Shown here: piece after piece, positions 10,608 to 21,324 of the stretch
How positions within the stretch are numbered: position 1 is the stretch's first letter
How the letters are laid out: the number at the start of each line of letters is the position of its first letter
Notes under the pieces: generated by a model
Database searches by the model: none
The model's input: only the letters and a program-made list of their open reading frames with translations
What the model was told of the DNA's origin: nothing
NCBI RefSeq assembly: GCF_988243305.1
Contig: NZ_OZ547136.1
Reading direction: 5' to 3' (one strand)
DNA: 64,000 nt
Made by a program: the position numbers and the translations under genes

Positions 10608-11879
10608 ATGGAAGACGACTGCGACATTATTATTATTGGTGCCGGTATTGCAGGCACCGCTTGCGCGTTACGCTGCGCGCGAGCGGGTTTATCCGTTTTG
10701 TTACTCGAACGCGCTGAAATCCCCGGCAGCAAAAATCTTTCCGGCGGGCGGTTATATACCCATGCACTCGCGGAACTCCTCCCGCAGTTTCACCTGACCG
10801 CGCCTCTTGAACGACGCATCACTCACGAAATCCTTTCCCTGTTAACGCCGGATGGCGCAACGACGTTTTCCAGCTTACAGCCCAGCGGTGAATCCTGGAG
10901 TGTATTACGTGCACGCTTCGATCCGTGGCTGGTTGCCGAAGCTGAAAAAGAAGGTGTCGAATGCATCCCTGGTGCGACGGTGGATGCGCTGTATGAAGAA
11001 AACGGCAGGGTGTGTGGTGTCATTTGTGGTGACGATATTCTCCGCGCCCGTTATGTGGTGCTGGCAGAAGGTGCCAACAGCGTCCTGGCTGAGCGTCACG
11101 GGTTAGTGACTCGTCCTGCTGGCGAAGCGATGGCGTTGGGGATCAAAGAAGTGCTGTCGCTGGAAACATCCGCTATTGAAGAACGTTTTCATCTGGAGAA
11201 TAACGAAGGCGCAGCGTTGCTGTTCAGCGGCGGGATCTGTGATGACTTACCCGGCGGCGCATTTCTTTATACTAATCAACAAACGCTCTCGTTAGGGATT
11301 GTTTGCCCGCTCTCTTCACTTACGCAAAGTCGTGTTCCGGCAAGCGAGCTGCTGGCTCGCTTTAAAACGCATCCGGCAGTGCGCCCGCTTATCAAAAACA
11401 CGGAATCACTGGAGTATGGTGCGCATCTGGTGCCAGAAGGTGGCTTACACAGTATGCCGATGCAATACGCCGGTAACGGCTGGCTGCTGGTGGGCGATGC
11501 GTTGCGCAGTTGCGTCAATACCGGAATTTCCGTGCGCGGCATGGATATGGCGCTAACTGGCGCGCAGGCGGCGGCACAAACGCTGATAAGCGCCTGCCAG
11601 CACCGCGAGCCGCAAAATCTGTTTGCGCTTTATCATCACAACGTCGAGCGCAGCCTGCTATGGGATGTTCTACAACGTTATCAGCATGTTCCGGCGCTTT
11701 TGCAACGCCCTGGATGGTACCGTGCGTGGCCTGCGTTAATGCAGGATATTTCCCGCGATTTATGGGATCAGGGTGATAAACCTGTTCCACCGCTGCGCCA
11801 GTTATTCTGGCGTCATTTACGTCGTCACGGCCTGTGGCATCTGGCGGGCGATGTTATCAGGAGTCTGCGATGTCTGTAG
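10608..11879 (+). CDS. ygcN: FAD-dependent oxidoreductase, FixC/ETF-quinone oxidoreductase-like (423 aa)
   Basis: N-terminal dinucleotide-binding fold DIIIIGAGIAGTACALRCARAGLSVLLLER; start taken at MEDDCD. Confidence 0.85.
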   Translation: MEDDCDIIIIGAGIAGTACALRCARAGLSVLLLERAEIPGSKNLSGGRLYTHALAELLPQFHLTAPLERRITHEILSLLTPDGATTFSSLQPSGESWSVLRARFDPWLVAEAEKEGVECIPGATVDALYEENGRVCGVICGDDILRARYVVLAEGANSVLAERHGLVTRPAGEAMALGIKEVLSLETSAIEERFHLENNEGAALLFSGGICDDLPGGAFLYTNQQTLSLGIVCPLSSLTQSRVPASELLARFKTHPAVRPLIKNTESLEYGAHLVPEGGLHSMPMQYAGNGWLLVGDALRSCVNTGISVRGMDMALTGAQAAAQTLISACQHREPQNLFALYHHNVERSLLWDVLQRYQHVPALLQRPGWYRAWPALMQDISRDLWDQGDKPVPPLRQLFWRHLRRHGLWHLAGDVIRSLRCL

Positions 11880-12130
11880 CCCGTAATCTCTGGCGCGTTG
11901 CCGATGCGCCGCACATTGTTCCGGCTGACTCCGTTGAGCGTCAGACGGTACAACGGTTGATTAACGCTTGTCCGGCTGGTCTTTTTTCGCTCACACCGGA
12001 AGGTGACTTACGCGTTGATTATCGCGGCTGCCTGGAGTGTGGCACCTGCCGTTTGCTGTGCGACGAATCAACACTACAACAGTGGCGCTATCCGCCTTCC
12101 GGATTCGGCATCACCTACCGTTTTGGATAA
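11870..12130 (+). CDS. ygcO: Ferredoxin-like protein, FixX-like (86 aa)
   Basis: Short ORF overlapping ygcN stop, with a cysteine cluster (CLECGTCRLLCDE); start taken at MSVARN. Confidence 0.8.
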   Translation: MSVARNLWRVADAPHIVPADSVERQTVQRLINACPAGLFSLTPEGDLRVDYRGCLECGTCRLLCDESTLQQWRYPPSGFGITYRFG

Positions 12131-12146
12131 ATAATAAGGATAATTT

Positions 12147-12722
12147 ATGCCCCTCTTACACCTGCTCCGCCAGAATCCGGTGATTGCTGCCGTTAAAGAT
12201 AATGCCAGCCTGCAACTGGCAATCGACTCTGAATGCCAGTTTATTTCCGTGTTGTACGGCAATATCTGCACCATCAGTAATATCGTTAAAAAGATTAAGA
12301 ACGCCGGAAAATATGCTTTTATTCATGTTGATTTGCTGGAAGGCGCGTCAAATAAAGAAGTGGTGATTCAGTTTTTGAAACTGGTGACTGAGGCGGACGG
12401 CATTATCAGTACCAAAGCCTCAATGCTGAAAGCAGCAAGAGCGGAAGGTTTTTTCTGTATTCATCGCCTGTTTATTGTTGATTCAATTTCGTTTCACAAC
12501 ATTGATAAGCAAGTTGCGCAATCGAATCCGGATTGTATTGAGATCCTGCCTGGCTGTATGCCCAAAGTGCTGGGCTGGGTGACGGAGAAAATCCGCCAAC
12601 CGCTGATTGCTGGCGGGCTGGTGTGCGATGAAGAAGATGCGCGTAATGCGATTAACGCAGGTGTCGTGGCGCTTTCCACCACGAATACCGGGGTCTGGAC
12701 GCTAGCGAAAAAATTGCTTTGA
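12147..12722 (+). CDS. ygcP: GlpP-like glycerol-3-phosphate-responsive antiterminator family protein (191 aa)
   Basis: 191 aa ORF starting MPLLHLLRQNPVIAAVKDN; family assignment by recalled similarity. Confidence 0.8.
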   Translation: MPLLHLLRQNPVIAAVKDNASLQLAIDSECQFISVLYGNICTISNIVKKIKNAGKYAFIHVDLLEGASNKEVVIQFLKLVTEADGIISTKASMLKAARAEGFFCIHRLFIVDSISFHNIDKQVAQSNPDCIEILPGCMPKVLGWVTEKIRQPLIAGGLVCDEEDARNAINAGVVALSTTNTGVWTLAKKLL

Positions 12723-12757
12723 CGGGATAATCGTAACGAATTGAATTTGTGTGATTT

Positions 12758-12870
12758 GTAGGCTGCACGCCACATCCGACATTCAGCGTCTGATGCGACG
12801 CTTGACGCGTCTTATCAGGCCTACAAGTCCCCAGGCCAGAACCGTAGGCAGGATCATCCGGCTGCACGTT
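12758..12870. repeat. Cluster of REP elements (BIME-like) between convergent ygcP and ygcQ
   Basis: Several REP units: gtaggctgcacgccacatccgacatt, tgatgcgacgcttgacgcgtcttatcaggcctacaag, gtaggcaggatcatccggctgcacgtt. Confidence 0.55.
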
Positions 12871-13729
12871 ATTGGCAATCTGCGTGAATGTTTGTCACCA
12901 GTGCCTCCAGCACCACTTTCCAGTCATCAACCACGCCAACATCTGCCTGTGAAAATACCGCTGCACTGGCGTCATGATTAATCGCCACCACAAACTTGCT
13001 ATTGCGTACGCCCGCCATTAACGCTGCTGCGCCGGAAGCGCCAACAACAATACACACCTCAGGTGCCAGCAGATGTCCAGAAATACCAATCACTTTTTCG
13101 GCATCAACGCCACCGTTCATCACTCGTGCCCGACTGTAGCCCACTTCGGCTCCCAGCTTTTCTGCCAGCATAGCGATTTCCTGGTTATCTGCCTCTCCGC
13201 CCTGCCCCACCACCAGCACCCGTCTGGCCTCAGCTAATGGGTCGCGGGTAACATTTTTCAGGTTTTCTATGCTAACCAGCCAGTCGGGAAGCGCACCTGG
13301 GACAATTTTCAGTTGCTGCATACCAGAGGGCAACGTGGCGTTTTTCGCTGCTCCCGCCTGACGCGCCAGGGAAAGGCATAGCGGGCGTTTTTCTGTTTGC
13401 AGCGTCGCCGTTAGCGCATTTCCCCAGTGGGATTTGCGCACGCTTACGGTTGAAATATCTAACGAAGTCACCTGGCAGATGCTTGCACCATGTAAACGCC
13501 AGGCCAGCCGGGTCGACAGTTCATCACCAAACGTTCCCGGCGGAAAGAGAACAACGTCCGCTGGCGTTCGCTGCCACTGTTCCACCAGCGCATCCAGCAC
13601 CTGTTCCGCCACTACGGGCTGAGGTTCAATCTGCCAGTGTGCCAGGGTACAACCGCTGAAATCCTGTTCTGCCAGCCAGCTCGCTATTGCGGCATTCTCC
13701 TGATTTATTGTCACAATTGCGAGATTCAT
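12869..13729 (-). CDS. ygcQ: Electron transfer flavoprotein alpha subunit, FixB-like (286 aa)
   Basis: ETF-alpha C-terminal FAD-binding region; start at MNLAIVTINQ gives an ATGA overlap with the ygcR stop. Confidence 0.85.
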   Translation of the reverse strand: MNLAIVTINQENAAIASWLAEQDFSGCTLAHWQIEPQPVVAEQVLDALVEQWQRTPADVVLFPPGTFGDELSTRLAWRLHGASICQVTSLDISTVSVRKSHWGNALTATLQTEKRPLCLSLARQAGAAKNATLPSGMQQLKIVPGALPDWLVSIENLKNVTRDPLAEARRVLVVGQGGEADNQEIAMLAEKLGAEVGYSRARVMNGGVDAEKVIGISGHLLAPEVCIVVGASGAAALMAGVRNSKFVVAINHDASAAVFSQADVGVVDDWKVVLEALVTNIHADCQ

Positions 13730-14505
13730 GGCTGCATCCTTTGGCGTAAATAGTCCTGCCATAGCTTTTGCGCTTTTTCTGCTACCGTTTGCCCATCAAT
13801 CAGCGTCGCTCCGCGTTGTTGCTCTGCTCTTGCCAGTTGCCGACACTGCATCGCTGGCGATTCGGCAGCAACAGTTTTACGGATAATTTCTGCTTTCCCC
13901 GCCGCCATTCGCTGACGCATTCCCGGTACTGGCAAGGCCACTTCACCGCACTGACGCACGGCAATCACCGCAGGCAAGCGAACCCGGCAACAGCGCAGCC
14001 CGTTTTCAGTACGCTGTTCAAGGGTGATAAACGGCGCGTCGAGAGTAAAACGCTCCACCTGGGTGAAGCAGGGCCAGCCCAGCATTTCCGCCAGCAAAAA
14101 TGGCGTTTGCCCATTCTGCCCTTCGCTGCTTTGGCAGCCGGTAATTATCAGATCCAGCGGATTCTGGTACTGCCATTCGGCAATATGGCGAGCGACAAAT
14201 TCCGGCGCAAAGCGCAGATCTGCCGCCGTCTCCAGCAATACAGCTTCCTCAAACCCATGAGCCATGAGATAGCGCAGCCAGTGCAACGCCCGTTCATCCC
14301 CCATGCTCAACGCGGTTAAAGACATCGACGTACCGTTTTTTCTCTGCGTCAACAGCAGCGCGGCGGCAGCCTGTTCATCAGCACCGAGTAAACTTCGCAG
14401 AAGCGAAACATCCGGTCCGCTATTACCCTGAGCCGCCGCCTGCCACTCTTTTTCCGCCAGCATTCCGGCATCCGGTTCGGCTTTAAACGCTAACAGAATG
14501 TTCAT
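13726..14505 (-). CDS. ygcR: Electron transfer flavoprotein beta subunit, FixA-like (259 aa)
   Basis: Start taken at MNILLAFKAEPDAG; ETF-beta-like. Confidence 0.85.
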   Translation of the reverse strand: MNILLAFKAEPDAGMLAEKEWQAAAQGNSGPDVSLLRSLLGADEQAAAALLLTQRKNGTSMSLTALSMGDERALHWLRYLMAHGFEEAVLLETAADLRFAPEFVARHIAEWQYQNPLDLIITGCQSSEGQNGQTPFLLAEMLGWPCFTQVERFTLDAPFITLEQRTENGLRCCRVRLPAVIAVRQCGEVALPVPGMRQRMAAGKAEIIRKTVAAESPAMQCRQLARAEQQRGATLIDGQTVAEKAQKLWQDYLRQRMQP

Positions 14506-15820
14506 TCGCACCTCCAACATTTCCCGCCGCCACCAGCGGGAGTGCTTTGGTTTCTGGTGCCCATAGCCAGGTCACGACAAAACCAACCAACAACACAGCC
14601 GCCAGGAGCAATAAGGTGACTTGCATTCCCCACTGCGCCAGCACCCACGGCAGCAGGCCAGTACTTACTGCCGCGCCCAACCGACTCATGGCGGTGGCAA
14701 AACCGACGCCCAGCGAGCGAATGTCAGTAGGAAAACTTTCCGCAGGCAAAATGCCCACCAGATTACTGACTGCCGAAATGGTGGTGCTGAAGAGAACAAA
14801 AAGCAGCAGCGTTAATGAACTGCCGGAAGGCAAACAAGCCATCACTACCAGCGTTGCCGCCAGCAGCAAAAAACTTCCCAGCAAAAATTTGCGATGTGCC
14901 AGCAGGTGCGTCAGAACTAATCCCAGCAGCGCACCCACAATTAACAACGCATTAAGCATCAGGCTAGCGGTCAACGCATCTTCCAGACCAATAGTCTGGG
15001 CGATAGTTGGCAGCCAGGTATAAATCACAAACCATGGGATTACGAGGCAGACAAAGAAGACGCTGTTAAACGCCGTGCGCCGCCAGTAGCGCGAAGAGAA
15101 CAAGGTTTTGATGTGTTTATGGGTCGCCGTTGCCACTTCATCGCCCAGTAAAACATGGGGACCAAAATAGCGATGCACGATAGCGTGAGCTTCTGCAAAA
15201 CGCCCCTGGCGCAGTAGCCAGCGTGGCGATTCTGGCGTTCCCCAGCGTAATAACGTAATCAACAATGCGGGCAGAGCTGCCGATGCCAGCAGCCAGCGCC
15301 AGGCCTCCGGGCTTTCGCTAATAAAGTGATATCCGGCAATACTTGCCAGCACATAGCCTACGGTCCACACCACGCTGAATGCGCCCAGCAAAATACCGCG
15401 ATGGCGGCGCGGAGAAAATTCAGCCAGCAAGGTGTGGCCTACTGAGTAATCGCCTCCCAGACCAATGCCGATCAAAATGCGCAGTCCAATAAGATGCTCT
15501 GGCGTGGTGGCAAAAAATTGTAAGAACGAAGCGAGCGTAATCAGCAAAAAGCTGAAGGTGAAGATTTTTTGCCGACCAATATGGTCGGAGATCCACCCCA
15601 AAACCAGGCTACCGATAAACAGGCCAAGTAGCGCCGAGCCGCCAATCATTCCCGCCATAAACGGCGTCAGTTGCATGGCGGGTGTAAGCTGAATAATGGC
15701 GTAACCAATGACGCCGAGAACATAACCGTCGGTCAGGTGCGCCCCGAAAGTGAGCGCAGCAATTCGACAGTGAAAACGGTTAAGCGGTAAATCATCCATT
15801 CGCACCGGTGAAGTGTTCAT
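14483..15820 (-). CDS. ygcS: MFS sugar-porter family transporter (445 aa)
   Basis: Multiple hydrophobic helices, sugar porter motifs (GRQKIF, PESPRWL); start taken at MNTSPVRMDD. Confidence 0.85.
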   Translation of the reverse strand: MNTSPVRMDDLPLNRFHCRIAALTFGAHLTDGYVLGVIGYAIIQLTPAMQLTPFMAGMIGGSALLGLFIGSLVLGWISDHIGRQKIFTFSFLLITLASFLQFFATTPEHLIGLRILIGIGLGGDYSVGHTLLAEFSPRRHRGILLGAFSVVWTVGYVLASIAGYHFISESPEAWRWLLASAALPALLITLLRWGTPESPRWLLRQGRFAEAHAIVHRYFGPHVLLGDEVATATHKHIKTLFSSRYWRRTAFNSVFFVCLVIPWFVIYTWLPTIAQTIGLEDALTASLMLNALLIVGALLGLVLTHLLAHRKFLLGSFLLLAATLVVMACLPSGSSLTLLLFVLFSTTISAVSNLVGILPAESFPTDIRSLGVGFATAMSRLGAAVSTGLLPWVLAQWGMQVTLLLLAAVLLVGFVVTWLWAPETKALPLVAAGNVGGANEHSVSV

Positions 15821-15913
15821 CTTTACCCCTTCATTGTCCGGTAATAAGAACGGCTTCTCGCCTGAGAAGCCGAAAAGGCAACGCTCCGTCATCGCGGAAC
15901 GCTGCCTGACACA

Positions 15914-17368
15914 TTATTTTTCAATCGGATAGATAGTACCCGTATTCATAATGCCGTTAGGATCGAACTGCTTTTTCAGCCCTTCCAGCAACGCCCACGC
16001 GCTGCCGTGTTCCAGCTTGCTCCAGTGAACGCGATGTTTACCAATACCGTGGTGGTGCACCATCGAACCGCCGAGGCGAATGGTTTCTTCGCAGATGATT
16101 TTGTTGAGCGGATTGTGGTACTTGTCGATTTCCTCTTCCGGCTTACAGTCAACAACGTTGTAGTCGTAAACGAAGTACATGTTGGTGCCGTTCTGGTAGC
16201 TGTGAGAGGAGTGACCGCCCAGCATGGTGATGTCGTCGGCGTGCGGGAACTCGGTACGAATACGGTTAATAACGCTTTCGTAGATTTCGTGAATGCAGCT
16301 CCAGCAGCCGGACACTTCGGTGGTAAAGCCCATGTTGCCGGTTTTGAGGATCTGCACACGTTCGGCAGCTACTTTATCCGGTCCCCAGTTCAGGTTGTTA
16401 AACCAGGTTTCGATCAGCTTGCTGTCCACTCGCTGGCATTGCGGGTAACGTGCCACGATTTCAGCAATCCCTTCGCCCGTCGCCTTCGCAATGCGAGGGT
16501 TACCTTCAGCCATAAAGATCAGCACGCATTTTCCGTCAGCAAAATGGGTGAAGTGTTGGGTGCCATCTTCAGCGTCATACAAACGAGCGATCGACGGACG
16601 ATACCCTTCCACCATGATTTCACGCAGGATGTTGAAGCCGGTTTTCATGTCTTCCAGGATATAGCCGTAGAAGAGGTTGTTTTCCGGGATGAACTTAAAG
16701 ATTTTCACAGTTACTTCAGTGATATAGCACAATGCACCTTCGTTGCCGATGATGATGTGACGAATGTCCGGGCCTGCCGCGCGGCGTGGTACGTTTTTAA
16801 TGCGTGTTACGGTGCCATCAGCCAATACTGCTTCCAGACCAACGACCATATCTTCGATTGCGCCGTAGAGTGTGGAGAACTGCCCGATACTGCGGGTTGC
16901 TACCAGGCCGCCCATCTGCGCCAGCGGCTTTGACTGCGGAGAATGCCCCGTGGTGTAACCTTTTTCACGCAACGCGTTTTCCAGCACTTCCAGCGGAACT
17001 CCGCATTGCGCCGTGGCCTGCATATTCTCAATATCAATATTAATGATTTGATTCATGGCAGAGCCGTCGAGCACCACCGAGTTTTCCACAACGGTTTCCA
17101 GCCCACCTTCGGTAGCGGAAGCACCGGTACGCGGCACACCGTTAATTTTGTGCGCATTCATAAAATTCAGCACACGGGATACTTGTTCTGTGGAACCGAG
17201 TTTTACGACCGCTGCCGGAATCGGCAAAGTATAAATGCCATGAATATCCGGAAATTTGCGAAAACGGTCAATACTGTTCTTCTTTAATACTGTTTCATCG
17301 GTAATTACGCGATCTGCACCAACAATTTCCTTTAGCTGGTCGACAATCGCTGCGCGAGATAAAGACAT
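15914..17368 (-). CDS. ygcU: FAD-linked oxidase (484 aa)
   Basis: 484 aa ORF with FAD-binding PCMH-type domain features. Confidence 0.88.
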   Translation of the reverse strand: MSLSRAAIVDQLKEIVGADRVITDETVLKKNSIDRFRKFPDIHGIYTLPIPAAVVKLGSTEQVSRVLNFMNAHKINGVPRTGASATEGGLETVVENSVVLDGSAMNQIINIDIENMQATAQCGVPLEVLENALREKGYTTGHSPQSKPLAQMGGLVATRSIGQFSTLYGAIEDMVVGLEAVLADGTVTRIKNVPRRAAGPDIRHIIIGNEGALCYITEVTVKIFKFIPENNLFYGYILEDMKTGFNILREIMVEGYRPSIARLYDAEDGTQHFTHFADGKCVLIFMAEGNPRIAKATGEGIAEIVARYPQCQRVDSKLIETWFNNLNWGPDKVAAERVQILKTGNMGFTTEVSGCWSCIHEIYESVINRIRTEFPHADDITMLGGHSSHSYQNGTNMYFVYDYNVVDCKPEEEIDKYHNPLNKIICEETIRLGGSMVHHHGIGKHRVHWSKLEHGSAWALLEGLKKQFDPNGIMNTGTIYPIEK

Positions 17369-17437
17369 AGTAATTCCTTCCTGATAATAAAAATGGAATA
17401 ATCATTAATAAGAGAAAACAGAAACCACCGTTATGGA

Positions 17438-18223
17438 TTAGCGCACTAAATAACCGCCATCAACCACTAATAAATGTCCGTTGACATAATTCGATGCCGG
17501 ACTTGCGAGGAATACGGCTGCGCCCATTAAATCCTGAGTATCGCCCCAACGGTTTGCCGGAATATGATCAAGAACGCGCTGGTTAGTTTCTGGATTACTA
17601 CGGGTCGCCAGAGTGATATCGGTAGCGTAATATCCCGGAGCAATACCATTTACCTGAATATTATATTGACCTAGTTCATCACAATAAGCTTTGGTGAACC
17701 CGGCAAGAGCATGTTTAGTGGCAGAATATGCAGGTGACCATTGTCCACCTAAGTAAGAGAATAATGAACAGATATTAATGATTTTACCGCTTTTCTGCGG
17801 GATCATAATTTTTGCAGCTTCATAGCTTAACTCGAATGCGGCGGTCAGGTTCACATCAATCATCGGGTCCCAGTCGGCACGACCGAAGTCCAGCACCTTA
17901 TTCAGCTTACAAATACCGGCATTGTTAATCAGAATATCGACGGTACCGAAACGTTCGCAACAGGCGGCGATTATCTTCTGCGGCGCGCCTTCTGCGGTGA
18001 TATCCACCTGCATGAAGTCCACCTCAACACCCTGTTTTTCAATCATTTCCTTTGTTTCGCCGTTATCTTTAACGAAGCTTGGAATAAAGATATTTGCGCC
18101 TGCTTTGGCCAGCGCCATGGCAAATGCCTGGCCTAAACCGCTATTCCCGCCGGTAACAATTGCGGTTTTACCTTTCAGGGAGAAAAAATCCATTGAGAAC
18201 GCATTGAGAGATTCGATTGACAT
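17438..18223 (-). CDS. ygcW: Short-chain dehydrogenase/reductase, KduD-like (261 aa)
   Basis: Rossmann motif TGGNSGLG and catalytic YSATK visible; start taken at MSIESLNAF. Confidence 0.85.
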   Translation of the reverse strand: MSIESLNAFSMDFFSLKGKTAIVTGGNSGLGQAFAMALAKAGANIFIPSFVKDNGETKEMIEKQGVEVDFMQVDITAEGAPQKIIAACCERFGTVDILINNAGICKLNKVLDFGRADWDPMIDVNLTAAFELSYEAAKIMIPQKSGKIINICSLFSYLGGQWSPAYSATKHALAGFTKAYCDELGQYNIQVNGIAPGYYATDITLATRSNPETNQRVLDHIPANRWGDTQDLMGAAVFLASPASNYVNGHLLVVDGGYLVR

Positions 18224-18541
18224 AGTTAGCTCCAATTTCCGTAAGGCAAAAAAAAAGAAAGGTAACTTCCCCCGCGAGAGGGAAGTTACCTTTCTCATTA
18301 TCTCTGGTAACTGGAGATAATTTTTATCATAAGGGCATAATCGCTAATGTGATCGTAATCACAGTGTGATATTCGAATTGTCAAATAATTTTAAAAAGCA
18401 GAAGCGTGATTACTCTCACACAACACCACTACTTTCCATGTTATTTCTTATTGCAATTACTAGAGACCTGAGAAAAGTAATCCACCTGAAAGGGCGGCTT
18501 ACTTTTCTCTTTTTTTTGTCTATTACAAATGGGAATACGAT

Positions 18542-19819
18542 ATGCAACACAACTCATATCGCCGTTGGATAACCCTCGCGATAATTAGTTTTAGCGGCGG
18601 CGTTAGTTTCGACCTGGCTTATTTACGTTATATTTATCAAATTCCCATGGCGAAATTTATGGGATTCAGCAATACCGAGATAGGTTTAATAATGAGTACC
18701 TTTGGTATTGCGGCTATTATTCTTTATGCCCCCAGCGGCGTTATTGCCGATAAATTTTCACACCGCAAAATGATTACTTCCGCGATGATCATTACCGGAT
18801 TACTGGGTCTGTTAATGGCAACATATCCACCGCTGTGGGTAATGCTCTGTATTCAGGTCGCCTTTGCGATAACGACGATTTTAATGCTGTGGTCGGTGTC
18901 GATTAAAGCCGCCTCGTTGCTGGGCGATCATAGCGAGCAAGGGAAAATTATGGGCTGGATGGAAGGGCTGCGCGGCGTCGGTGTAATGTCGCTGGCGGTG
19001 TTTACCATGTGGGTCTTTTCTCGCTTTGCACCGGATGACAGCGCCAGCCTGAAAACGGTCATTATTATCTATAGTGTGGTTTACATTCTGCTGGGCATTT
19101 TGTGTTGGTTTTTTGTTAGCGATAACAACAACCTGCGCAATACCAATAACGAAGAAAAACAGTCATTCCAGCTTAGCGACATCCTGGCTGTTTTGCGCAT
19201 CAGCACCACCTGGTATTGCAGCATGGTGATTTTTGGTGTCTTCACCATCTACGCCATTCTGAGTTACTCCACCAACTATCTGACCGAAATGTACGGCATG
19301 TCGCTGGTGGCGGCGAGCTACATGGGGATTGTGATCAACAAAATCTTCCGCGCACTGTGCGGCCCACTTGGTGGCATTATCACCACCTACAGCAAAGTGA
19401 AATCCCCTACCCGCGTGATCCAAATCCTTTCCGTACTCGGCTTGCTGGCGTTAACTGCCCTGCTCGTCACGAACTCTAACCCGCAATCGGTCGCGATGGG
19501 GATTGGCCTGATTTTACTGCTGGGATTCACCTGTTACGCCTCACGCGGGCTGTACTGGGCCTGCCCTGGCGAAGCGAGAACACCGTCTTACATTATGGGC
19601 ACCACGGTAGGTATTTGTTCGGTGATTGGATTCCTGCCGGATGTCTTCGTTTACCCGATTATCGGCTACTGGCAAGACACCCTGCCCGCTGCAGAAGCCT
19701 ACCGCAATATGTGGCTGATGGGCATGGCGGCGCTTGCCATGGTGATCGTCTTTACCTTTTTGCTGTTCCAAAAAATTCGTACTGCTGATAGCGCCCCTGC
19801 TATGGCTAGCAGCAAGTAA
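18542..19819 (+). CDS. yqcE: MFS transporter (425 aa)
   Basis: 425 aa strongly hydrophobic multi-helix ORF. Confidence 0.85.
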   Translation: MQHNSYRRWITLAIISFSGGVSFDLAYLRYIYQIPMAKFMGFSNTEIGLIMSTFGIAAIILYAPSGVIADKFSHRKMITSAMIITGLLGLLMATYPPLWVMLCIQVAFAITTILMLWSVSIKAASLLGDHSEQGKIMGWMEGLRGVGVMSLAVFTMWVFSRFAPDDSASLKTVIIIYSVVYILLGILCWFFVSDNNNLRNTNNEEKQSFQLSDILAVLRISTTWYCSMVIFGVFTIYAILSYSTNYLTEMYGMSLVAASYMGIVINKIFRALCGPLGGIITTYSKVKSPTRVIQILSVLGLLALTALLVTNSNPQSVAMGIGLILLLGFTCYASRGLYWACPGEARTPSYIMGTTVGICSVIGFLPDVFVYPIIGYWQDTLPAAEAYRNMWLMGMAALAMVIVFTFLLFQKIRTADSAPAMASSK

Positions 19820-19845
19820 GTCCAGAAAATTACAGGAGAAAAATC

Positions 19846-21324
19846 ATGTCGAAAAAATACATCATAGGGATTGATGGCGGAAGTCAGAGCACAAAAGTGG
19901 TGATGTATGATCTGGAAGGTAATGTGGTTTGCGAAGGCAAAGGCTTATTGCAGCCGATGCACACGCCAGATGCCGATACCGCAGAACATCCTGACGACGA
20001 TTTATGGGCATCATTATGTTTTGCCGGTCACGATTTGATGAGTCAGTTTGCCGGGAATAAAGAAGATATTGTCGGTATTGGTCTGGGATCCATCCGTTGC
20101 TGCCGTGCGTTATTGAAAGCCGATGGCACGCCAGCTGCGCCGTTGATTAGCTGGCAGGATGCACGCGTTACACGCCCTTACGAACATACGAATCCTGACG
20201 TGGCATATGTCACCTCTTTTTCAGGTTATCTGACGCATCGCTTAACCGGCGAGTTTAAAGACAATATCGCCAACTATTTTGGTCAGTGGCCGGTGGATTA
20301 TAAGACCTGGGCATGGAGTGAAGATGCCGCAGTCATGGAGAAGTTTAATATCCCCCGTCATATGCTGTTTGATGTGCAAATGCCGGGCACTGTTCTTGGG
20401 CATATCACTCCTCAAGCCGCGCTGGCGACACATTTCCCAGCTGGGCTGCCGGTTGTTTGTACCACCAGTGATAAACCGGTAGAAGCACTGGGAGCCGGGT
20501 TACTGGATGATGAAACTGCGGTAATTTCTCTTGGCACTTACATCGCGTTGATGATGAACGGCAAAGCACTGCCGAAAGATCCGGTGGCGTACTGGCCGAT
20601 TATGTCTTCTATTCCGCAAACATTGCTGTATGAAGGTTACGGTATTCGCAAAGGCATGTGGACGGTGAGCTGGCTACGCGACATGTTAGGCGAGTCGTTA
20701 ATTCAGGATGCCAAAGCACAGGATCTTTCACCGGAAGATTTGCTCAACAAAAAAGCGTCTTGTGTGCCGCCAGGCTGTAATGGTCTGATGACGGTGCTGG
20801 ACTGGCTGACCAATCCGTGGGAACCGTACAAACGCGGGATTATGATTGGCTTTGATTCCAGCATGGATTACGCATGGATATATCGTTCGATACTGGAAAG
20901 CGTGGCGCTGACGCTGAAGAACAATTACGACAATATGTGTAATGAAATGAATCACTTTGCAAAGCATGTGATCATTACTGGCGGCGGTTCGAACAGCGAT
21001 CTGTTTATGCAGATTTTTGCCGACGTGTTCAACCTTCCGGCACGCCGTAACGCCATTAATGGTTGTGCAAGCCTGGGGGCAGCGATTAATACGGCGGTAG
21101 GTCTGGGGCTATACCCGGATTACGCAACGGCTGTCGACAAAATGGTTCGCGTGAAAGATATCTTTATGCCTGTTGAGAACAATGCCAAACGCTACGACGC
21201 GATGAATAAAGGCATTTTCAAGGAGTTAACCAAACATACTGATGTAATCCTGAAAAAATCGTATGAAGTGATGCATGGGGAATTGGGGAATGCGGATTCG
21301 ATCCAGAGCTGGTCGAATGCGTAA
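19846..21324 (+). CDS. ygcE: FGGY-family carbohydrate kinase (492 aa)
   Basis: N-terminal IGIDGGSQSTKVVMYD actin-fold kinase motif. Confidence 0.9.
   Translation: MSKKYIIGIDGGSQSTKVVMYDLEGNVVCEGKGLLQPMHTPDADTAEHPDDDLWASLCFAGHDLMSQFAGNKEDIVGIGLGSIRCCRALLKADGTPAAPLISWQDARVTRPYEHTNPDVAYVTSFSGYLTHRLTGEFKDNIANYFGQWPVDYKTWAWSEDAAVMEKFNIPRHMLFDVQMPGTVLGHITPQAALATHFPAGLPVVCTTSDKPVEALGAGLLDDETAVISLGTYIALMMNGKALPKDPVAYWPIMSSIPQTLLYEGYGIRKGMWTVSWLRDMLGESLIQDAKAQDLSPEDLLNKKASCVPPGCNGLMTVLDWLTNPWEPYKRGIMIGFDSSMDYAWIYRSILESVALTLKNNYDNMCNEMNHFAKHVIITGGGSNSDLFMQIFADVFNLPARRNAINGCASLGAAINTAVGLGLYPDYATAVDKMVRVKDIFMPVENNAKRYDAMNKGIFKELTKHTDVILKKSYEVMHGELGNADSIQSWSNA

Noticed and set aside
16007-16933. 308-aa plus-strand ORF antisense to ygcU
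   Set aside because: Antisense shadow ORF within ygcU; no independent support.
18366-18572. 68-aa ORF in the ygcW-yqcE divergent intergenic region
   Set aside because: Sits in a probable promoter region and overlaps the yqcE start; no features supporting a real small protein.
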